In this document: piece by piece, positions 9,175-18,483 of the stretch
How positions within the stretch are numbered: position 1 is the first letter of the stretch
Layout of the letters: the number at the start of each line of letters is the position of its first letter
Assembly: GCA_009774395.1 (NCBI GenBank)
Contig: VSNQ01000007.1
Coordinates: 3,301 to 67,300 of the forward strand
Reading direction: 5' to 3'
Source: Lachnospiraceae bacterium
GTDB taxonomy: Bacteria > Bacillota > Clostridia > Lachnospirales > Lachnospiraceae
Length of the DNA: 64,000 nucleotides
Position numbers and translations under genes: made by a program
Notes under the pieces: model-generated
Databases searched by the model: none
Told to the model about the DNA's origin: nothing
Seen by the model: the letters and a program-made list of their open reading frames with translations, nothing else

Positions 9175-11490
9175 CTAATAATTTGTGTCTGATATTGCCT
9201 GATAATTATCCCCGCCTTCACAAAATGCCTTTATAATCGTTTCTATATAACTTATCCCACAAGTTTTTAATAACTGACGATCTTCGTCTTCACTATCCGG
9301 CACTGTAATATCTGGAAAATATTTTGTATAATAATCCACAATATTCATCTGTTCAAATTTATCTTCCATATTGTTTCGTTCTCGCCGTTCTATCCGGGTT
9401 AATTCTTCTTTTTCCGCCTTTTTTGCCAGAAAACCGGCTCTTGCAGACACGGGACATACCAGCGGCTTCTTAAATCCCATTGCCTCAAGACGTTTTATCT
9501 GTGTTTGTGCAATTGCCCCAATATCTTCCTCATCTTCATTTAATGCATCCGTTTTATTTATCACAAACAACACTGCTTTATCGCCGATATGTTGTTTTAC
9601 AAACTCTAAATGCGCATTCTCATCCTCTGTTCCAAGCTGTGTCGCATTCATCAAATAAATCATTAGCTGATAATTTCCCGCACTTATCATCTGATCTGTA
9701 ATCTGCTTATGCTCCGCATCACCGCTAAAATTCACTCCCGGAGAATCATTGATAATTAAACGCTGCCCTGCCAGTATTCCCTCGTAATATACTGTTCTGA
9801 CTACTGTTTTATCGGCAATATCCGGATCTTTTTCCCGATTTGCTGCAATGGATAACGCATAATCATACTCAAATGTAAAATCTGTATCAAACGGCTTACT
9901 AACAATCGAATGCAGTTTACTAGTACACGCCATATTACGGGAAAGACAAATATTTTTACCTGTCAATGCATTAATAAACGTTGATTTGCCTGCGCTCATC
10001 GTTGCTGTCACCAATATTTTATAGGAATCTGTTTCGATAAAATTCTGATGATAGGCATGAAACGCTTCTATTATATCTTTTGTCTTTTTTATTTCTATAT
10101 ACTTCTTCATATAAGAAGCAATATATCTTTCTATCGAAGGAATCCCACTGTGTATGAGTACCTGCATTTTGCTATCCCCTCGCTGTTGTGACTGAAGCAG
10201 ATGCGATTCTATCTCTCCTTGTGCAGCCAATGACAACGGCGCATATTGTTCCAAATACATTGACTCATAAGCAGTTATTTTATCAATCATTGCAAGCGCA
10301 TCCCTTGCTGATGCGGATAATTGTTTCTCATTTTCACGAGTCAGCTTATTTATATCAATATTTTTTAAACTTGTTCTGATATGCAGTGCCGTAAACGCTG
10401 AACAAGGAAAAATATGCGGATTCTCTATCCCATAAGAAACAAGTATCTCTTTTACTGATTCCACCGCTTTCCCCATATCCTCTGCTTCGGGGGCAGAAGT
10501 ATCCATTTTATTCAACACAAACAAAAATCTGTTCTGTGCCTGTTTTCCGCCTTTTTTTATCTGTTCTATAATACAATCTAGTATTTCTGTTTTTTCGTAT
10601 AAATGTGCTCCGTCCAATACATATAGAACCAGACTGTCCTCATGATTTCGAATCTCATCCATAATTTGCTTTATAATCTCGCATTCCTTTGCCCTATTAA
10701 CAAGCGATGTAAGTTGATCAATCAGTCCGATTTGGTTTTTTCGATTATATAATCTATCTGTGTTAGGAGTATCCACAAGCACAGGAATATCCGTTTGCAT
10801 CCGTAAAAATGGTATATTTCCTTCCATTGTAATATGGTATATCTCCGCATTATTATGAAACTCCTGCATTTTGTCATATGTAACTGCTTCTGTTTCCTCT
10901 ATCACTTCATCTATTTCGTTATATGCTTTCGCTGTAAAACCGGATACCTTTTTATCCACTACCTTAACAACAGCATTGGTACTCCCTATATTTTGGCACG
11001 GCATTATCCGTTTCCGCAGCAATGCATTTACTAACGTTGATTTCCCAGCGCCTGCTGCCCCAGCCACATAAATCGTGCTTATGGGACTGCGCTTATTTTT
11101 TATTGCTGCAATAAGTTCCGCATCTTTGCATCCACTGGGTACCTGATACTGGACAGACGCAAAATAATCTAATATTTTTTGTCCAATATCATTACTGGGC
11201 TTTTCCTCGATAAACGTTAATTTCGTTTTCGTTAAAATTTCCTCTTTCTCAGCGCAATAAAATGCTTCTTTAAAATCCTCCCAATCCAATTCCAACCCAT
11301 AAAATTGGATTTCATACTTATCCGAACCATATTCCTGTTCCAATAATTCCGGAAAGGTATTTGCCCAATCCCGTAGTTTCTTTTTTTGAACGCTTTGATA
11401 AAGACTGCTGTCAGGCGAAATTTCCTCTCCGTTTATTTTTATAATTGTTTCCAAATGATATGGATTATAGTGTACATTTATTTGTTCCAT
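9175..11490 (-). CDS. Dynamin-like protein with two tandem GTPase domains
   Basis: Domain 1 GAAGAGKST/DTPN/NKMD; domain 2 ATMSAGKST/ACTS/DSPG/NKTD. Confidence 0.85.
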   Translation of the reverse strand: MEQINVHYNPYHLETIIKINGEEISPDSSLYQSVQKKKLRDWANTFPELLEQEYGSDKYEIQFYGLELDWEDFKEAFYCAEKEEILTKTKLTFIEEKPSNDIGQKILDYFASVQYQVPSGCKDAELIAAIKNKRSPISTIYVAGAAGAGKSTLVNALLRKRIMPCQNIGSTNAVVKVVDKKVSGFTAKAYNEIDEVIEETEAVTYDKMQEFHNNAEIYHITMEGNIPFLRMQTDIPVLVDTPNTDRLYNRKNQIGLIDQLTSLVNRAKECEIIKQIMDEIRNHEDSLVLYVLDGAHLYEKTEILDCIIEQIKKGGKQAQNRFLFVLNKMDTSAPEAEDMGKAVESVKEILVSYGIENPHIFPCSAFTALHIRTSLKNIDINKLTRENEKQLSASARDALAMIDKITAYESMYLEQYAPLSLAAQGEIESHLLQSQQRGDSKMQVLIHSGIPSIERYIASYMKKYIEIKKTKDIIEAFHAYHQNFIETDSYKILVTATMSAGKSTFINALTGKNICLSRNMACTSKLHSIVSKPFDTDFTFEYDYALSIAANREKDPDIADKTVVRTVYYEGILAGQRLIINDSPGVNFSGDAEHKQITDQMISAGNYQLMIYLMNATQLGTEDENAHLEFVKQHIGDKAVLFVINKTDALNEDEEDIGAIAQTQIKRLEAMGFKKPLVCPVSARAGFLAKKAEKEELTRIERRERNNMEDKFEQMNIVDYYTKYFPDITVPDSEDEDRQLLKTCGISYIETIIKAFCEGGDNYQAISDTNY

Positions 11491-11578
11491 AATAGTCCTC
11501 TATTCTTGTTCATATTTATAACTTTTAACATATGCAAATAATAAAATTATTACAATTTCGTTCTACTAAATCGTAACT

Positions 11579-11610
11579 TATACTGACAAGCGCTTAAATT
11601 TGCCAATAAT
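11579..11610. repeat. Left-end fragment of an A2-type miniature element
   Basis: TATACTGACAAGCGCTTAAATTTGCCAATAA matches the starts of 120-211 and 42268-42359. Confidence 0.55.
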
Positions 11611-11650
11611 TGTTTCTATCTAATTTACATAATACTTTATATAATATAAT

Positions 11651-13309
11651 CTAATTTTCGTCTAACATCCCTACCATTCCAAATATTGAAATCAGGCACA
11701 TAAATACAGATATAACAACAAGACAGAAGCTATCCGGAAATCCAATTAATTTGCTAAAAAATGCATATACTAAAAATCCTAAAGGCCATAAAGCCATTTC
11801 AAAAAACGCAAGCGAAAAGAATGTCCCAAACTGCCATTTATCTTTTCTTTCATCAGAAAAGGCGTATGCAACTGCCATCACAACAAAGAAAATGATCGAA
11901 GAAATAATATAATGATTCATTTGCTCTACTGTTCTACAATATTCAACAAATAATACAAATAAAGCTATTCCAGAAGCCCAACCACACAATTTTTCAATTT
12001 TTGTTCTTCTAAACTTACCTACTAACATTATAACTGATGAGCATAATAAGAGCCATATTGCAATTTTATTTGCAGTGATTGAATCCAAAAACAAAAACTT
12101 ATTAAATAATCTACTTGTTACACTAAAAGCTATATTTTCTGCAAAAGTATTTGCAAGAATAAACCCTAAGACAACAGCAAATACACTCCTTGCTCCACCT
12201 ATAACAGATGTACTGCCTGACGAATATATATTTGTGCTATTAGATGTTTTTATATCTTTTGCTGCAACAGGCTTAACATCATAGTTAATTGTTTTTACCG
12301 CTTGAACCTCTTGACTAAAATCCGGAATTTTTTCAACTATTTGATCATATACTTCCTCAGCCTCATAAGAAATATCACCATCTTCTGAAAGCATAGGTGT
12401 ATTAATAACAGACTTTACAGCTCCTGCAAGTGCTCTTGTAACTGCTATTAATTTCAAATCTTCTTCTGTAAAATCATCTGTGGTAAGTCTTTTCTTAAGT
12501 ACTCTTCCTTCTTTTTTTCTTACTACACCTGCAAGCAATCCAGAACATTCTGCAAACATTTTATTAAGATCACCTAGTAAATCATCAAACATATCTGCTC
12601 TTTCAGATATTGCACCACAAAGCATTTCTGATACCTTCATTTTTTCTGATGCGGCTTCCGCTTCTGCATACATGGTATTTGCTTTTTCCAGATTCTCATC
12701 TGCTTTGATACTTGCAGAAATCCCTGTAAAAAGAATTACGGGAGCTGCAACAGCAGCAAGTGGAGTCATTGCTGCACCAAACGATAATGCAGAACCTGCA
12801 AACCCTGCAGCCATACCAATTTCACCAGCAGCAAGTGCCGAACCCGCCAGTGCAAGTTCACCTGTAACAATCGGAAGTGCTCCACTTGCTGCCAAAGCAA
12901 CTGCAGCACCTGCTGCAACACCAGTAGCTCCACTCGCAAATGATGCCGAATAAATATTTGTCATTTCTCTTAATTGAATAGCACCCTGTTCATCAATTGT
13001 AAATTTTGAAATTTCATTAATTCCAACTGTATTTTCCATCGAAATATGCTTAACTTTATCATATGCAACCAAAAACTGATGCATGGATGTGTCAAGAACC
13101 TTTTTCTTTGCATATCCAAGCTTTACAAGTGATTTTTCAGTTTGTTTCTGTGCTTCCTCTAATGATTGTTTTGCACTATTATAGAGTTCCTGCGCATTCT
13201 CTGATATTCTTTGTGCACGTTCATTTGTTTCCTTTGCGCTCAGATGTCCTCCCGCACCTATTACTCCGGCCGCAACGCCTAGTCCGGCTAACAAAAATGG
13301 AATCGGCAT
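11651..13309 (-). CDS. Membrane protein: N-terminal hydrophobic helix, coiled coil, Gly/Ala-rich hydrophobic hairpin, C-terminal multi-TM domain
   Basis: MPIPFLLAGLGVAAG start; A/G-rich stretch at aa ~120-200; about six hydrophobic helices in the last 180 aa. Confidence 0.75.
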   Translation of the reverse strand: MPIPFLLAGLGVAAGVIGAGGHLSAKETNERAQRISENAQELYNSAKQSLEEAQKQTEKSLVKLGYAKKKVLDTSMHQFLVAYDKVKHISMENTVGINEISKFTIDEQGAIQLREMTNIYSASFASGATGVAAGAAVALAASGALPIVTGELALAGSALAAGEIGMAAGFAGSALSFGAAMTPLAAVAAPVILFTGISASIKADENLEKANTMYAEAEAASEKMKVSEMLCGAISERADMFDDLLGDLNKMFAECSGLLAGVVRKKEGRVLKKRLTTDDFTEEDLKLIAVTRALAGAVKSVINTPMLSEDGDISYEAEEVYDQIVEKIPDFSQEVQAVKTINYDVKPVAAKDIKTSNSTNIYSSGSTSVIGGARSVFAVVLGFILANTFAENIAFSVTSRLFNKFLFLDSITANKIAIWLLLCSSVIMLVGKFRRTKIEKLCGWASGIALFVLFVEYCRTVEQMNHYIISSIIFFVVMAVAYAFSDERKDKWQFGTFFSLAFFEMALWPLGFLVYAFFSKLIGFPDSFCLVVISVFMCLISIFGMVGMLDEN

Positions 13310-13320
13310 ACCAATACCTC

Positions 13321-14802
13321 CTATAAAATATCATCCTCATCACTATCTAAAAATGCTTTAAATTCACTAACTGTTTCATATTTAACCTTACCACCAAGTT
13401 TTCGTGTAATATCATTTGCCCCTGCAATTACACCATCCGCATCTCCCATTGCATACGCTAACTGCATTGACGACATCGCTGCATCAAAACATGACCTATA
13501 TTCTTCGAAATAGGAATCAAGATATGACTCAAGCTCTATCCTAAATGCTCTCGCCTGCTCTGCGGCTGCATTACACTCAGCTATAATTCTCATTCGTTCT
13601 TCATGTTCGAGTTGCTTTGTTTGAAGTTCATTGATTAACCCATTATAGAGATTGCTCGTTAACATAGAACCCACCAAAGCTCCAACAGCACCGCCAACAA
13701 TTGGAATTGGTATAAGCGCTTGTCCTACGCCCATTGAATATGCCATTGTAGCCATATTCAACCCTTTATCCCCTAATTGAATAAGACACTCCTGCGTCGT
13801 TATTTCTCCTTCTCCCCATTTTTTTAATGTATCTCCCGTTACAATTACTGCCGTAATTATTTTACCTGGCACATTACTTTTTGCCAAAGCCTGAATAAAT
13901 TCTGATGAAGAATATGACAAAGCTTGAGAAACTACGGTCATTCCACCGCCCATTGCATATCCCGTTACAGCAGCCTTGCCTCCATCTTTAATCGTATCTA
14001 CAACAGCATCTTCACCACTCTTTTCTCCCTTGAGCACAGACACCATATTCATAATTCCTGACATTGTAACCGTTGTACCGCCATAATTGTACATTCCCTG
14101 CATTCCAGCATCATTAAATGTTCCTACAGCATTCTTTACACTCCTCTTAAATGCTCTGCTATTATTTCTTTTCTCGGCTGCCTTCCCAGTATCTATAATA
14201 CGCTTACGCACTTTACTAATAGATTCGCCCGATTCAATATTTTCTGCTACACCTTCCATCCTTGTCTTATCATCAGCCCATTCCTGCTGCGTACTGCCGC
14301 CTTTCCCAACATTTGTACTTCCTTGATTAAGCTTTTTTGAAAGCACTTGAAAATTATCAGCGCTATTTGCAATTTCCCGCTGATCACTTGAAGTTAAAAA
14401 TGGATTATTTTTTGTTCTATTTACAAATTGACTTAAAGGATCAATATGATCTGCTTCCGCTGCATGATTTTGCCATTTTTCACCATACTTCAACTTTGCA
14501 TCTCGCTGTTTCTTTACTAATTCTGCTCCAGAATAAGGATCTCGAACTGGTTTTCCACTAGCAAAAGCATCATCAATCGCTTTTTTATGCGCGCTTCCGT
14601 CATCATAGAATTGCTTTCTTGTTTGTGGATTATAATCAGGTCTACTATATTTTGCATTAGCTTGAGCCGTTGAATTCCTTATTGATCTATCTAATGCAAT
14701 ACCCGCTCCGATCTTACTTTTAGACTCATCATCGTCATCACGTTTCAAAGCAACTTCCGTTGTTTTTGTTTTATCTTTTCTCAAAAAATTAAACAATCCC
14801 AT
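13321..14802 (-). CDS. HNH-like (His-Me finger) domain fused to Gly-rich hydrophobic helices and a coiled coil
   Basis: DPYSG...EADHIDPL...IANSADNFQ.L...LNQ motif; IPIPIVGGAVGALVG glycine-zipper segment. Confidence 0.6.
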   Translation of the reverse strand: MGLFNFLRKDKTKTTEVALKRDDDDESKSKIGAGIALDRSIRNSTAQANAKYSRPDYNPQTRKQFYDDGSAHKKAIDDAFASGKPVRDPYSGAELVKKQRDAKLKYGEKWQNHAAEADHIDPLSQFVNRTKNNPFLTSSDQREIANSADNFQVLSKKLNQGSTNVGKGGSTQQEWADDKTRMEGVAENIESGESISKVRKRIIDTGKAAEKRNNSRAFKRSVKNAVGTFNDAGMQGMYNYGGTTVTMSGIMNMVSVLKGEKSGEDAVVDTIKDGGKAAVTGYAMGGGMTVVSQALSYSSSEFIQALAKSNVPGKIITAVIVTGDTLKKWGEGEITTQECLIQLGDKGLNMATMAYSMGVGQALIPIPIVGGAVGALVGSMLTSNLYNGLINELQTKQLEHEERMRIIAECNAAAEQARAFRIELESYLDSYFEEYRSCFDAAMSSMQLAYAMGDADGVIAGANDITRKLGGKVKYETVSEFKAFLDSDEDDIL

Positions 14803-14817
14803 ACAACGCCTACTCCT

Positions 14818-15222
14818 TTATTCAAAAATAAGTTGATTTAATTTTGTTTGAAATTCTATGTATTTTTTTAATACAGTTTCACAATTTCTAGCAAACCCTG
14901 AACCAATATCAAATTCCTCCTCTAATTTATTTATTAAAGTTCTTTCATTATCATCATAATTTCCATCAGCCATAGCCAGACCGATAAGTTCAAAAACAAA
15001 AATCTTTTTTATTTTATTATCACTATTAAACTTAATATCCTTAATTAACACATCCACAGGTTTCACCATTGTTTTTTCATCAAAAACACATCGCATTTCT
15101 TGACAATATCCATTGATCATTTCCTTTTCTTCATCACTATAGTATCCATCTACTGTAGCTAACTGGAAAGCAACTCCCAAAAAAGCCTCTTTTTCTTTCT
15201 CATTCAATAACGCTAAATACAT
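14818..15222 (-). CDS. TerB-like protein
   Basis: Duplicated A..DG....E motif (ATVDGYYSDEE; AMADGNYDDNE), 134 aa. Confidence 0.8.
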   Translation of the reverse strand: MYLALLNEKEKEAFLGVAFQLATVDGYYSDEEKEMINGYCQEMRCVFDEKTMVKPVDVLIKDIKFNSDNKIKKIFVFELIGLAMADGNYDDNERTLINKLEEEFDIGSGFARNCETVLKKYIEFQTKLNQLIFE

Positions 15223-15482
15223 TTATTGTCCCCCTTGCTTTTTAATCTATTGCATACTTCATAATTCAATTTATAATACTCTTCTAACGTAATTTTATCT
15301 TTATAAAATTTTTCATATGTTTTATCAACATTACATTTATCTGGTCTGTTTCTATAAATAGTACATAACTTTGATGCAACATCCAAATATCTGCAAATGC
15401 CATCTCCACGATCCAAATCAGAATACAATTCAGACATTTTTAAATTCATGCAACAAAGACCACAACAATCACATTGAAACAT
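15213..15482 (-). CDS. YkgJ/CxxCxxCC Cys-cluster (putative Fe-S/Zn) protein
   Basis: CDCCGLCC...GICRYLD...CTIY..RP..C; ATG 15482 preferred, 15509 possible. Confidence 0.85.
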   Translation of the reverse strand: MFQCDCCGLCCMNLKMSELYSDLDRGDGICRYLDVASKLCTIYRNRPDKCNVDKTYEKFYKDKITLEEYYKLNYEVCNRLKSKGDNKCI

Positions 15483-15559
15483 TTTGTTAATCCAAAACAC
15501 GAATGACATATTTTATCATTATGATTTATTCCTCCAATTTTCTAAATCAGCCTATCCCC

Positions 15560-16528
15560 TCACACCACCCGAAAATCCATAATATTATCCCCCTGACTTC
15601 TAGCCCACATATCAATCCCTTTTCCAAATACTTCCGCTTCCACTAAAAATATACCATTGTCTTCGCTAAGTACCTTTGCTGTAGGCAGTCGGTCAAGGAT
15701 TGCTTCTATGGAGTTTTCCTTACATTGAAACCTTACTTTCCGAAGTTTGCCGCCATACATAAATTGCACACGTTTGCGAAATTCTCCTTCTTCAAACCGG
15801 TTTGCATAAGGAATTTTAAAATGCTCGTCCAAAACTTCCAATTCTTGAATCCTGTCAATACGATAGATTGTAGGAAAAACATCATCTGGATTCTCAAAAG
15901 CTTCTGCCTTATTTATATTCTCAATAAACGCTGCCAGATAAAAATAATATTCCGAAAATAAGATTGCCAACGGTTCCAATCTCCGCTCCACTGTCGCAGA
16001 TTCTTTTAACTTGCCATATTTTATCCGTATTACATGGCTTTCTCGGATTGCCCGTCCCAATGGTGTCATCTTATCCAAAAACGCCTTATTATGACGCAGT
16101 TCCACATAGTGGAATCTTTCATTGTTTAGTAAGTCGTTAATTGCCGTTCTATTTTCTCGCGGTATACAATTTTCAATTAACTTGTCCAAGATATTCATCA
16201 TTTCCTTTTTGGTAAAAGCTCGGCTTTCCAGAAGAATTTTGCTGATGGCAAGCACCTCATTATTAGAAAGCCTTAACTGTTCATTATCTTCCAAACAGTA
16301 GCCTTTTTCAAAACGATTATATGTTAACTGGCAACCATACCCATCTCTTACCCGTTTCTTATCCAAAAAATCCCGAATATCCTCTAAATCTCTTTGAATA
16401 CTTTTCACATTAACGCCAATATCCTGCGCAAGTTCATTTTTTTTTAATACCTGCCCATGCAGCAGCATGGAGTATATATATAAGATACGGCTGGTTTTAT
16501 CGGATCCTAAGTCGTCCATATATTCCAT
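15560..16528 (-). CDS. WYL-domain transcriptional regulator (HTH-WYL-WCX)
   Basis: N-terminal wHTH (LAQDIGVNVKSIQRDL); WYL core FSEYYFYLAA...YRIDRI. Confidence 0.9.
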   Translation of the reverse strand: MEYMDDLGSDKTSRILYIYSMLLHGQVLKKNELAQDIGVNVKSIQRDLEDIRDFLDKKRVRDGYGCQLTYNRFEKGYCLEDNEQLRLSNNEVLAISKILLESRAFTKKEMMNILDKLIENCIPRENRTAINDLLNNERFHYVELRHNKAFLDKMTPLGRAIRESHVIRIKYGKLKESATVERRLEPLAILFSEYYFYLAAFIENINKAEAFENPDDVFPTIYRIDRIQELEVLDEHFKIPYANRFEEGEFRKRVQFMYGGKLRKVRFQCKENSIEAILDRLPTAKVLSEDNGIFLVEAEVFGKGIDMWARSQGDNIMDFRVV

Positions 16529-16548
16529 CCCCCTTTCTGATATATTTG

Positions 16549-16585
16549 ATTATACTCACAAATATGGACATATTCTGTCCATATT
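16549..16585 (-). promoter_or_regulatory. WYL gene promoter: -10 TATAAT plus perfect palindrome AATATGGACA-N5-TGTCCATATT
   Basis: 10-bp perfect inverted repeat at 16561-16585; TATAAT at 16554-16549. Confidence 0.75.
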
Positions 16586-16611
16586 CTAAAAAATTTGATA
16601 AATTTTTCCTT

Positions 16612-16715
16612 TATACTCACGAACAATTAGATTTTCCTTTCTGCACAACACATATTGCCCGCTTATGCAATATGGGCTGTTCAGAAATTGGAAAATCTTA
16701 ACGTTCATTAGTATA
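16612..16715. mobile_element. 104-bp TA-ended miniature inverted-repeat element (subfamily A1)
   Basis: TATACTCAC...AGTATA ends; close copy at 46557-46660, diverged copy at 45783-45886, truncated copy from 51354. Confidence 0.75.
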
Positions 16716-16837
16716 TATATTATTGTATACGAAACAGAAATTATTTTCAACAATTTTCGTGCTTATACGCACCATGCATTTAAGCACCTTTTTTTCAAGC
16801 ACAATTTTATATATAATCAAAAAGGGGGATTAATGGT

Positions 16838-17065
16838 ATGATTATCCGACTGAGAATCAAAGAAATCCTTGAAGAAAAAGGAAAATCAAATTACTGGCTC
16901 AGCCAGCGATTGGGAATGTGTTATCGGAATTACCATAATATTGTTACCAACCAAACATCTGCTATCCGCTTTGATACACTAGAACGATTATGTGAAATAT
17001 TAGAAGTTCCAGTAGGCGAATTGTTTGAGCAGATAAATGATGATATATCTGTAAAAGAAGATTAG
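16838..17065 (+). CDS. XRE/Cro family HTH protein
   Basis: RIKEILEEKG.S.YWLS...IRFDTLERLCEILEVPVGELF; GGGGA RBS; hairpin just after the stop. Confidence 0.85.
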   Translation: MIIRLRIKEILEEKGKSNYWLSQRLGMCYRNYHNIVTNQTSAIRFDTLERLCEILEVPVGELFEQINDDISVKED

Positions 17066-17617
17066 CCGCTATATTATGCGGCTATTTCTTTTATCCTTAA
17101 ATCGTCGAACCGCAATATTCACATTCTGTTACTGTGCTTTTTGCCATTTTATTTGTACTGCTGCTTCTTCCTTACAACTCACTGTTACACACCCAATCCA
17201 AAAATTTCCTAATATCCAAATGTACACTATCCGCTCTTGCTTAAACCGCCTATTTGCAGTACTATCTATGGATACATTCACAAAGTTTTATTCCTCTATT
17301 ATCTGCAGCCTTTTCTTTACTCCATCCGGCTATCTGCTATATTTAATCCCATCGATATCCAATCACTTCTATTTTTACCCTTTTGTACATTCATTTATTT
17401 TACATAATATATTCACTAGTGATAAGTTCTACCATATCACTTAAGATAGTTCCGCTCGTGAGTCAACGTTATTGGCGTTCTAAGCGCCCACCAGTAGAAA
17501 TTATCTCTTTCTTATTTTAAGATATATATAATCCTATGTCAATAATTATAAAGTAAATAATATCTTACCAGCAAACATATTATATAATATAATTACATAA
17601 ATGGATGGTGATTTATT

Positions 17618-17938
17618 ATGTTTGAAGATTTTTTTATTGAAAGACTAATTTCGTTGCGAAACCAAAAAAATGTTTCTGCAAGGGAAATGAGCCTTGCAAT
17701 CGGGCAGAACGAAAGCTATATTAACCGTATTGAAAATAGAAAAGCATTTCCTTCTATGCAATCATTTTTTTATATTTGCGAATACTTTCAGATTTCTCCA
17801 ATGGATTTTTTTAATGATGGATGCTCTTATCCAGCTAAAACCAACAAAATTATTGAAGACTTAAATAAATTAAATGAAACGCAATTAGATATTATAATTA
17901 CAGTAATTAATGGACTCCTAGAGCGAAATCATTCGTAA
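17618..17938 (+). CDS. XRE family HTH regulator
   Basis: RLISLRNQKNVSAREMS...YINRIEN..AFPS. Confidence 0.85.
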   Translation: MFEDFFIERLISLRNQKNVSAREMSLAIGQNESYINRIENRKAFPSMQSFFYICEYFQISPMDFFNDGCSYPAKTNKIIEDLNKLNETQLDIIITVINGLLERNHS

Positions 17939-18243
17939 TTTTTACCAAACGATATATGATTTGCAATCCCCTAAAATAATTACCGCTATGCTGTTGAAAA
18001 ATCTTCTCTGCTTTTCCTTTCTTTAATATTATACGCTTCACCTTAGACACAAATTGTCTATCTAAAAAAATTATTGAAATTTTTACACTCAGCAATTTCT
18101 GTTACCATTGCGCTCCTGCCTGTAAATACCCGATTTGGGTATTTTAATATGTCTGCAAGCACAGCTTTGTGAACCGTTCTCACTTTCATTATTAGCATTC
18201 GCAAGTTTGCTTCGTTCTTGTTATACTCACGTTACGATCATGT

Positions 18244-18278
18244 TATACTATGCGTCGAAAAGACTGACGCTAAGTATA
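18244..18278. repeat. 35-bp TATAC-ended hairpin element (intact copy)
   Basis: 33/35 match to the reconstructed, interrupted copy at 52846-53076 (opposite orientation). Confidence 0.7.
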
Positions 18279-18483
18279 ACAGTATGTACACAACTGCCCA
18301 AAGGAAAATTACTGCTTTTGCGATATATTTCCCCTGCACAGGTCTGCATCCACTTGCTGTGCGACCCCTGCACTGTCTTAGCGGCACATTTCCTCTGCTC
18401 AGGTCTGCACATAAAAAAGGCAGCTAATTGTCAATTAAGATAACTGCTGCCCAAAGAAAACAATATTCAATTTCGTTCACAAT

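Noticed and set aside
15487..15519. 10-codon ORF MIKYVIRVLD after a GGAGG
   Set aside because: Too short to judge; may be a gene remnant or chance
17076..17444. 122-aa plus-strand ORF
   Set aside because: Starts inside a terminator hairpin, has no RBS and has atypical composition
572..17938. Prophage or ICE assignment for the accessory cluster
   Set aside because: No integrase, relaxase, phage structural genes or att repeats seen in the window
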